DNA of 64,000 nt, from NCBI GenBank assembly GCA_951406725.2, contig OX597823.1, positions 89,280,001 to 89,344,000 on the forward strand, given 5' to 3'. The position numbers and the translations under genes were made by a program. The stretch is from Octopus vulgaris (lineage: Eukaryota). Numbering within the stretch: position 1 is the first letter of the stretch; each line of letters starts with the position of its first letter. Under the pieces are notes generated by a model that searched no databases, was not told the origin of the DNA, and saw only the letters and a program-made list of their open reading frames with translations. Below are positions 54,841 to 64,000 of this stretch, piece after piece.

Positions 54841-57788
54841 ACATCAGAGGACTGCAAACACTCAGTAACAGGACAAAGATCCCGTTCCTGAGGGACTTTG
54901 TTGCATGCAATCAAGCCATATGCATAGCACTTACAGAAACGCACCTGAAACCGGACATAGCAGATGCGGAGTTACACATACCACAGTATGCTGTACTACG
55001 GACCGACAGGAAAGAAAGGAGTCATGGAGGTGTTGCTATGTACATCCGTGAGGACCTCACACCCCAGGTCCTCTTGTCATACTCAAACTCGGTGTGTGAC
55101 ACACTAATTGTACATATTAGGCAACTTGATGTAGTTGTGTGTGCTACATATCGCCCTCCAGATGCCCCAAGCCATGTGGGCAAGTTTGAAGACTGCCTTA
55201 TAAAAATAGAAGAAATTCTAACCACATTGGAACAACACATAGGTGTGCTTCTTATGGGAGACTTCAATCTGCCCAATGTCAGATGGCCCGAGGGCCTTTC
55301 TCTCCCAGGAATGACAAGATGTGAACGAGGACAGGCGAGGTCCCTCCTGAACCTCATCAACACCCTGTACATGGAGCAGGTAATACTCCAACCAACCAGG
55401 GCAGGTAACACACTGGATCTCTGCTTCACAAATGACATGGATCTCATCCATAATGTGAAAGTGACACCGACACTACTCTCGGATCACAACATGATAGAGC
55501 TGACCATGTACGGGCCAAAAGAGAGCACGGACATGCAGCCTACAAGAAACCCTCAAAATCTTTCCAGCTTGAACTACCATAAGGCAAACTGGAAACAAAT
55601 TGAGAAAGAGATCCTCAAACAAAACTGGCCTAAATGTCTCTCCTCGCCAGACATCGACGTGAAACTCCAACAATTCATGTCTGTAATGCAAGCCATATGC
55701 TACAAATGTGTCCCAGAGAGAAAGGCCACTGTACACAAGAACAAAATCCCCAGAGAGAGGAAAATTTTAATGAGACGGCGTACGAAATTTTCAAATCGCC
55801 TAAACAAACAGATTGAAAGCAGTGAAAAGTCCCGCCTAAAAATAAAACTGTTGGAAATCGAAAAATGTCTGCAACTCTCCCATGAAAAGGAAAGAGCAGA
55901 CAGAGAAGCCTGGGCTATAGAAAACATAAAATCTAACCCCAGAGCTTTCTACAGGTATGCCAAAGAAACAGCTACAGTGCACTGTAGAATAGGGCCACTC
56001 CTCGAAAAGGATGGCACACTTACAGGAAAACCAATGAGGGTAAGTGAAATACTGAATGAGCAATTCAAGAGTGTTTTCACTCCACCCCTTGGGCATCTCC
56101 AAATCACCAATCCAACTGACTTTTTTACCACTGCAGATATAAAATCAGAGGCGGCGACGATAGATTACATCGATATAAAGGAAGACGATGTAACCAAGGC
56201 TATAGATGAAATGAAAACAGACTCAGCTACTGGCCCCGATGGATTCCCGGCAATCCTCCTAAAAGCATGTAAGAGAGTCCTAGCAAGACCACTGCAGTTC
56301 CTCTTTCAGAGCTTCCTTGCAGCTGGCAAACTTCCAGGAAAACTGAAGGAAGGTAAAATATGCCCCATTCATAAAGGAGGTAGCAGAGCGGAAGCCAAGA
56401 ACTATAGACCTATCTCTCTGACCTCACACATCAGCAAGGTCATGGAACGAATAGTCAGAAGGAAGCTGATCACCTTCCTTGAAGAGAATGACTTGCTGCC
56501 CGACACCCAACATGGTTTCCGACCAGGGAGAAGCTGTTTAACTCAGCTCCTACAACACTATGACTGGGTGCGGAAACGGCTGCTCAACCACTCAAATGTG
56601 GAAGTGATATATCTCGACTTTGCAAAGGCCTTTGATAAAGTCGATCATGGAATGATATGTCACAAACTGCGTGATCTCAACATAGTTGGAAAACTGGGAG
56701 AATGGCTTCATGACTTTCTGAAGGATAGAAGTCAGGTGGTAGTAGCCAATGGGGCCACCTCCATTAACACACAAATAGTGAGCGGTGTTCTGCAGGGCAC
56801 TGTTCTGGGACCACTACTGTTCATAATGGCCCTCTCAGACATGCCCTCAGCCACGCAGAGAGCCACGATCACAAGTTATGCAGATGATACAAAAGTTTCA
56901 CAGGCAATACAGAACCCTGAGGACACTAAACACCTGCAATGTGAGCTGGACGAAATATACAAGTGGGCTGAAAAGAATAGCATGCAGTTCAATGCTGGAA
57001 AGTTTCAAGCTTTATACTATCAGCATGCAAAACTGAATGCAATACCCAATGAATACACTGGACCCGGAGGGATTGCAATCCCAGAGGCACAATCAGTGCG
57101 TGACCTTGGTATTCACATGAGTGATGACGCGACCTTTCATGTACATGTTGCTAAACTGACAACGAAATGTAGACGGCTGGCTGGATGGATTCTTAGAACC
57201 TTTAGAACAAGAGAACAAGAAACCATGATGGTCCTCTGGAAGACACTTGTCCTAAGCCACTTTGACTATTGCTCTCAGCTATGGTCACCATCCAGTGTCA
57301 AGTTGATCACAGAACTTGAGGCGATCCAACGAAGCTACACGAAGAAGATAGCCTCTATGCAGAATGTAAGCTACTGGGAAAGACTCAAGAGATTAAAATT
57401 ATATTCCCTGGAGCGTAGGCGGGAAAGATATGCCATAATATACATCTGGAAGATCCTGGAGGGAAGTGTCCTGAACTTTGGCATCGAGAGTTACGCAAAT
57501 GCCAGAACTGGGCGCCACTGCGTGGTGCCTAGGACTCCAAACCTGCCATCAAGATGTAGGACAAGATTCTGTGATAGCCTGGGCTTCCGAGGCCCACAGC
57601 TCTTCAATATCCTCCCGAAGAACCTGAGAGACCTGCATGGGGTGGATACAGATGTCTTTAAAATGAAGCTGGATCTCTTCCTGTCAGGTGTCCCAGATGA
57701 ACCAACTTCACGGCAGGAGGGGCAGATGAGGGCATCTGCATCGAACTCTCTCATGCACCAAATAGCAGTTGCTAGAAAGCCTCCATGA
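54684..57788 (+). CDS. LINE ORF2: APE endonuclease plus reverse transcriptase (likely start ATG 54792)
   Basis: 1034-aa open frame with LNIRGL, LTETHL, GGVAMY, YRPP, MGDFN, NTLDL, SDH; RT motifs GPDG, NYRPISL, QHGFR, LDFAKAFDKVDH, QGTVLGP, YADD, RDLG. Confidence 0.97.
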   Translation: MHGTKDCTAADLASSNPSPQVGLPTIYQTTTANRHRMDTAGNNVHLTSILLLNIRGLQTLSNRTKIPFLRDFVACNQAICIALTETHLKPDIADAELHIPQYAVLRTDRKERSHGGVAMYIREDLTPQVLLSYSNSVCDTLIVHIRQLDVVVCATYRPPDAPSHVGKFEDCLIKIEEILTTLEQHIGVLLMGDFNLPNVRWPEGLSLPGMTRCERGQARSLLNLINTLYMEQVILQPTRAGNTLDLCFTNDMDLIHNVKVTPTLLSDHNMIELTMYGPKESTDMQPTRNPQNLSSLNYHKANWKQIEKEILKQNWPKCLSSPDIDVKLQQFMSVMQAICYKCVPERKATVHKNKIPRERKILMRRRTKFSNRLNKQIESSEKSRLKIKLLEIEKCLQLSHEKERADREAWAIENIKSNPRAFYRYAKETATVHCRIGPLLEKDGTLTGKPMRVSEILNEQFKSVFTPPLGHLQITNPTDFFTTADIKSEAATIDYIDIKEDDVTKAIDEMKTDSATGPDGFPAILLKACKRVLARPLQFLFQSFLAAGKLPGKLKEGKICPIHKGGSRAEAKNYRPISLTSHISKVMERIVRRKLITFLEENDLLPDTQHGFRPGRSCLTQLLQHYDWVRKRLLNHSNVEVIYLDFAKAFDKVDHGMICHKLRDLNIVGKLGEWLHDFLKDRSQVVVANGATSINTQIVSGVLQGTVLGPLLFIMALSDMPSATQRATITSYADDTKVSQAIQNPEDTKHLQCELDEIYKWAEKNSMQFNAGKFQALYYQHAKLNAIPNEYTGPGGIAIPEAQSVRDLGIHMSDDATFHVHVAKLTTKCRRLAGWILRTFRTREQETMMVLWKTLVLSHFDYCSQLWSPSSVKLITELEAIQRSYTKKIASMQNVSYWERLKRLKLYSLERRRERYAIIYIWKILEGSVLNFGIESYANARTGRHCVVPRTPNLPSRCRTRFCDSLGFRGPQLFNILPKNLRDLHGVDTDVFKMKLDLFLSGVPDEPTSRQEGQMRASASNSLMHQIAVARKPP

Positions 57789-58023
57789 AGTGAAACCAAG
57801 TAGCAACACCAAATGGCGGTGCCCCAGCATGGCCACAGCTCATAAGCTGAAACTAGAATCAATCAATCAATCAATCATACCCAGAAAGCGCGCATGGCAG
57901 AATTTTGGAGGGAAAATTTACGTTCCCAGTCGCCACTTAGTTTTAACATCTGCACTTTCCCCCACTATCTGATGTCGCTGGGTCAGAAGTGAGGGCTAGT
58001 GGCATTTAGTAAAACTATCGAAT

Positions 58024-58088
58024 ATAGCGCCGATGACGGAATTCAAACTGTTTTCCACGTTTGCGATCCAGAAACATATGTCCGCTAT
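58024..58088 (+). ncRNA. Putative minimal type-I hammerhead ribozyme, copy 1
   Basis: ATAGCG-CCGATGA-(C)GGA..CAAAC..GTTTG..TCC(A)-GAAAC-ATAT-GTC-CGCTAT; 6-bp stem I, palindromic stem III ACATATGT, GUC site at 58080-58082; U4>C variant core. Confidence 0.65.
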
Positions 58089-58571
58089 TAACGGTAAGTG
58101 ATTGAATTCGTATATTTGCCACTCCTGTTTTGTGTATGTGAGCCGTAAGGGCCTTCGTTTTTGGATTCTCCACTTATAGAAATTGGAAAAACGGTCTTTG
58201 ACTGCCATTTCTAATTCCTTCGGTATGAGGTGAAACAGCCTGCTGTTAACCTTCTTATTTTTTCTTTACTATATACTGAACCTTACAAAGGTCTTGACAA
58301 TTAATTTGTCGTATTTACATACCGAAATTTACCGGTAAATAATTGTTGGTTACATGATAAACCACAGGAAAATTATTTACCATTTCTATTGAATTACCAT
58401 GTGGATTCCTCATTCCATTACGATTACCCAGAAAGCGCGCATGGCAGAATTTTGGAGGGAAAATTTACGTTCCCAGTCGCCACTTAGTTTTAACATCTGC
58501 ACTTTCCCCCCACTATCTGATGTCGCTGGGTCAGAAGTGAGGGCTAGTGGCATTTAGTAAAACTATCGAAT

Positions 58572-58636
58572 ATAGCGCCGATGACGGAATTCAAACTGTT
58601 TTCCACGTTTGCGATCCAGAAACATATGTCCGCTAT
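58572..58636 (+). ncRNA. Putative minimal type-I hammerhead ribozyme, copy 2
   Basis: Identical to 58024-58088, 548 bp downstream. Confidence 0.65.
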
Positions 58637-58811
58637 TAACGGTAAGTGATTGAATTCGTATATTTGCCACTCCGGTTTTGTGTATGTGAGCCGTAAGGGC
58701 CTTCGTTTTTGGATTCTCCACTTATAGAAATTGGAAAAACGGTCTTTGACTGCCATTTCTAATTCCTTCGGTATGAGGTGAAACAGCCTGCTGTTAACCT
58801 TCTTATTTTTT

Positions 58812-59037
<226 letters not shown>

Positions 59038-59041
59038 ATAT

Positions 59042-60329
59042 ATTAAGTTTCAGCTCAGAGCTGCGGCCATGCTGATACACCGCCGTTTTGCGCTACACTG
59101 TTATTCGTAAGAGCCTCCTCTAATATGTGGTACTTGATGAAGAATGGAGTTTGATATAGCTACCCTCATTTGCACCTCTTGCCGTGAGGTAGGATCATCT
59201 GAGACTCTCGACAGGAAGGGGTTCAGCTTTGATTTAAAATCCCCTACATCTATTTTGTGCAAGTTCCTCAGACTCTTTGGGAGGATATTAAAAAGCTGTG
59301 GGTCCTTGAAATCCAGGCTGTTGCAGTAACTGGTCCTGAAGCGTGATGGCATTGCTGGGATCTTTGGCACTATGCAGTGTTGTCCCGTTCTGGCATTGGT
59401 GTAGCTTTCAATGCCAAAATATGGCACAATTCCTTCCAGGATCTTCCATATATATATTACTGCATACCTCTCCCGTCTTCTCCCCAGGGAGCAGAGTCTT
59501 AGCTGTTTCAACCTTTCCCAGTAGCTGAGCTGTTGCAAAGAGACGATCTTCTTTGTAAATCTTCTCTGGATTGCTTCAAGGTACTGCTGTTAATTTCACA
59601 CTGGTAGGTGACCATAGCTGTGAGCAGTAATCCAATGTAATCCAATGACGAATGTTCGCCAGAGGGCCATCATGGTTTCCTTATGTCTGGTTCTGAATGT
59701 TCTTAGGATCCATCCAGCCAGTCGTCTGCACTTTGTCGCCATCCTGGTAATGTGCACTTGGAAAGAGGTATCATCACTCATGTCGAACTCAGGTCCCTCA
59801 CTGACTTAGGCTCTGGGATTAAAATTCCCTGTGGACCGGTGTACCCTGTAGGTTTAATATTCAGTTTTGGATGCTGGTAGCGCAGGGCCTGGAATTTTTC
59901 AGCATTAAACTGCATATTATTATCCTCAGCCCATCTGTAAATTGAGTCCAACTCCTGCTGCAGGTGTGCAACATCGCTGGGGTTCTGTATTTTCTGCGAG
60001 ACTTTCGTATCATCTGCATAACTTGCTAAAGTGGTTATCCGGGCATTTGAGGACATATCTGAGAGAGCCACTATAAAAAGCAGTGGTCCCAAGACAGTGC
60101 CCTGTGGAACACCGCCCACTATTTGTGTGTTCATAGAGGTAGCTCCATTAACCACTACTGCCTGATTCCTATCTTCCAGGAAGTCAGGTAACCACTTTCC
60201 AAGTTTTCCAGCTATGCCAAGGTCACGCAGTTTGTGGCATATCATACCATGATCCACCTTGTCAAAAGCTTTTGCAAAATCGAGGTCTATTACGTCTATA
60301 TTTGATTTCTTCAGTAGCTGCCTCAACAC

Positions 60330-60331
<2 letters not shown>
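59042..60331 (-). pseudogene. 5'-truncated LINE (RT to 3' end), few frameshifts
   Basis: [59 protein letters not shown]; 3' stem-loop; both ends in (TA)n. Confidence 0.95.
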
Positions 60332-60379
<48 letters not shown>

Positions 60380-60530
60380 TATATACATATATCATATATA
60401 CATATCATATATATATTTATCATATATACATATATCATATATACATATCATATATACATATATCATATATATACATATATATATATATACATATATATAT
60501 ACATATAAATATATATATATGTATGTGTGT

Positions 60531-60613
<83 letters not shown>

Positions 60614-61822
60614 GGTCTGACTTGTTTGGCTTCGTAGATTGGAGGGAAGCATAAACTGGGTCTTGCGGATTTGTTATATACAATTATTCTAAAATCCCTT
60701 TTTGTAATGTAAGCCAAAGTAATTGAATAAATGCATCAATATACATTCTAACAACCCTGAAGTTACGATTATTTATTTTAGAGAACGTTAAAACTAAAAG
60801 AAATAATTAAGGTGGTGAGCTGACAGAATCGTTAACACGTTAATGCTTAGATCCAAAATTTGAAACGAAAATTATAAATGTTTTTTTTTTAGTTTTTAAA
60901 AAAGAATTGAGCCGAGAACCAGATTAAACATTGCTGCGGGTTGGATCCGGCCCATGGGGTGTATGTTTGACACCCCAGTTTAATATCAATAAAACTAACT
61001 ATTTACATTTTATTATTTCAGTATTTAATGTATTTTGCAAGAATTTTTTGTCTGAAAAACGTGTATTGAAAACAATATTGTTATATTTGAAAGGACACAT
61101 AATTAATAAAACCTAAAAACACACTCACCGGTCGTTGCTTTGTTTATTAAATGTGTTTGTTGTTGCGATTGTTATTTATTTATCTATTTATATACTTGTC
61201 TTTTAGTGTTTTTCTAAAGCTGTTGGGGTTGACGAGAGTGGTAGGAGAATTGTAATTTATTTATTTTTTATTAACTCTCAACATTCGTCGACATTTTAGC
61301 GACGCTGCATCGAGGATTTCACTACTGAGCAACATTGTTAAGACGACGGCATATCTCCATTGATTTTTCACTTTGGAGTTTGTAATAATTCCTTGACAAC
61401 ATTTCTATAATTTCTAAAGAAAGGTCATCCAGTTGGTGTGCTTGGCCTTTATGAAACTAATTTTTATTTTACTTTATTTTCAAAATGTTAAATCAAATAT
61501 TTTTTTTGTCATATAAACTGCAAAAGAATAAGAAAAATGAAACAAAATATATCTTAGTGAAGGTCATGGTTTCTTTCCATAAGCAGGAATTGATGCTGTG
61601 TTAGTGTCAGGAATATGGTAATTCCATTGAAAACTCTTCTTCAGCTTTATATTCAGATTCCTATTAACATTTAGAATAAGATAATACAGCTTTCATCGGG
61701 ATATTTTAAGTCACACGCGCGTGCACACACACACACACAGACATACACATATAGGCACACACCAATACAGACACACAAAGATTCTCAAACTCACACACAT
61801 CCACTTACATTTAAGTATATTT

Positions 61823-61882
<60 letters not shown>

Positions 61883-62106
61883 TACATACACACATATATA
61901 CACACACACACATATACATATATATATATATAAAGAGAGAGAGAGAGAGATACTCATGCACACACACACACACACATATATATATATTTATTTATTTATT
62001 TATATATTATACAAATGTGTTTATACACATGCAGTCAGGTGGTGAGGCAGGCAAGCAGATACAAGACAGGCAGGCAGGTAGACAGTTAGATAGATAGATA
62101 GCTAGC

Positions 62107-62189
<83 letters not shown>

Positions 62190-64000
62190 ACAAACAGACT
62201 TGGTACTTGAGTGTTTTTTTTTCTTTTTGGCATTTCAAATTTATCCAAAATATTACTATGGCAGATCACATGGTGAAGTTATTTTCTGAAATGTTAAATA
62301 TAGTTCATATTTCTTTATCGCATTAACTTTAGCAGCTGAAGACATATTATTGCACTTAGTAGCATTGGTGGAAAGATGTCATCCTTTCGGTATTGTTTCT
62401 TAGCTGTAATGAACACTTTCACGCCTCAAAACAAAATAAAATATTTCTATTCTATCTGCATCATGGATTGCGAAAACGAACAAATATCAAAGCCATGAAT
62501 GTCTTGTGAATTTAGATTTATACTACATAGTTGTTATTATTCTTATTAAATGTCATGACTTTTTCACCTATAGACCTCATAACATTGATCCTATGTTCCG
62601 CCAGAACATATTTTCTGAATACTGCGTCCAATAGCATAAAGACAAAGATAAAAAGGAAATATTGTTCAGTTATTTGTGAGCTTTGCTCTACTTCTAAAGA
62701 GCACTACAGGATATTTCACTGCACTTACTTCGCAAATATACAATGTGTGGGTATGATGTGCGCGTGTGTGTGTGTGTGAGAGAGAGTGTGTGTGTGTGTG
62801 TGCGTGTGTGTGTGTTTATTTTGGTGTTTGGATGTATACAGGAGTGGCAGTTTTTAATTATCCGTAATGCACTTAGGAAAATCAGTTGCACGTGAATCTC
62901 CTGATATGGTCTCCCTCTAAGTATTACCCAGATACTTTTGACCTTGAATCATAACGTTGTTTTTATTATATTAACTCTGGTCATTCAGTTTTTTGTTTGC
63001 GGCAAAGAAGGGCAAATTTTAGTAAACTATTCTCTATTGGCTGAATATATATCAAGGATTAAAGGCATTGAAGGCTTTCAGAACAGTGTGAGAAAACTTG
63101 TCTCTACCAATTGTCTATAAATAGATTGACAGCCAGCCGTCGCCTGTGAAAGACTGTGGTTTGGTAACATCTCGTCGCTAATTCCTTTATGTGCATATAC
63201 AGTCGCGAACAGCCCTCCCGCCCTTTCACCCAGTGGTACACACAGTATATGTCATCTGGAAGGAGAGAGAGCTGCAATAGTATTCATTTTTAGCTAAGTA
63301 GAATCAAACAAGATGAAATAAAGTATCTCGATCAAGGAAACAATGCGCCGCCAGACCCAGGAATTGAATCCATGACATCATGTTCGTGTACTGTACACCC
63401 TAATTTCGTACGAATGGACTGAAAAATAGTTACATCAAGAATATGAAGCCTAACCATGTCATATGTTGATGACATTAAACGTGTCCGTGATATGAACAGA
63501 TATGGGTGACTATTGTTGCGTATTAACCATTGTTCTGCCGATAATATCATTCACAACAGGATCCCAAAACAACACAAAATCGTTTTGAAATCAGCCACGA
63601 AGTTTTGGATAGCTATAGTTACAAAGATGACACCTTGGAAAAGGCAATCTCTTGTAAGTGCAGAATCAGATACTTAATAACCTACCCCTCTGTATATCTA
63701 TACCTACGAGAGTTCTACCCGAAAGTAATGCAAAAGTGAACATAATTTTCTTAATTGACATAAGTTGTTCAAATTGGATATATTGGCAGAGTAAGTGTTC
63801 CTCTATAAAAGGTATGATTCAACATAGTCTCTGCTATAAGTGATGCATACGCGCCATCGTCGAACCAACTCCTAAATCTTCTTTGAAAAATTCAGATGTG
63901 CTCTGTTGTACGCACTTCTTCACAGACACTTTCGTCTTGTCTCTGTCGTCAAATTACTGCAAAGAATTTGCTTCAGTGAATTGAAGGGCACAAGATCGGA

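Larger units (their letters stand above)
54403..57877 (+). mobile_element. CR1/L2-group LINE, 5'-truncated in ORF1, intact ORF2, (AATC)n tail
   Basis: Boundaries fixed by the empty-site copy (ACGATTACCCAGAAAG at ~58420-58435); TAC duplicated; 3' UTR stem-loop then AATC repeats. Confidence 0.95.
54184..58814 (+). mobile_element. Penelope-like/retrozyme-like element: inverted 5' segment plus two tandem 548-bp units, unit 1 split by a LINE
   Basis: 54266-54402 joined to 57881-58289 equals 58290-58814; 54184-54214 is the perfect reverse complement of 58254-58284; (TA)n on both sides; hammerhead motif in each unit. Confidence 0.75.

Noticed and set aside
54290-57862. Antisense ORFs overlapping the LINE
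   Set aside because: Shadow frames of a GC-richer coding sequence with no independent motifs.
57996-58756. Duplicated 70-aa minus-strand ORF MAVKDRFS...
   Set aside because: Identity is explained by the recent 548-bp duplication; it is antisense to the hammerhead and has no recognisable domain.

Overview
AT-rich, microsatellite-saturated eukaryotic non-coding DNA; by inference from its repeat families, most likely a coleoid cephalopod (Octopus-like) intron or intergenic region. No host protein-coding exon can be supported, and almost all ORF-track entries are translations of (TA)n/(TG)n/(ATGT)n/(AAT)n repeats. The only intact CDS is a 1034-aa APE-endonuclease/RT ORF2 of a CR1/L2-group LINE (54684-57788). 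The rest is a nested collection of mobile elements: further LINE copies, three tRNA-derived SINE families, three mariner relics, three non-autonomous Helitrons, MITE/foldback palindromes, an R4/Dong relic and Penelope-like (PLE) relics. Main observations: (i) a 548-bp tandem unit carrying a minimal type-I hammerhead ribozyme in each copy (retrozyme/PLE-pLTR architecture), split by the intact LINE, with the second copy giving the empty site; (ii) several other small hammerhead-like elements sitting in (TA)n, with stem covariation; (iii) a covarying 3' stem-loop shared by the LINE and a SINE family; (iv) a 34-bp CRISPR-looking array that is an amplified piece of that SINE. All alignments were made by eye, so coordinates of degenerate elements are approximate.
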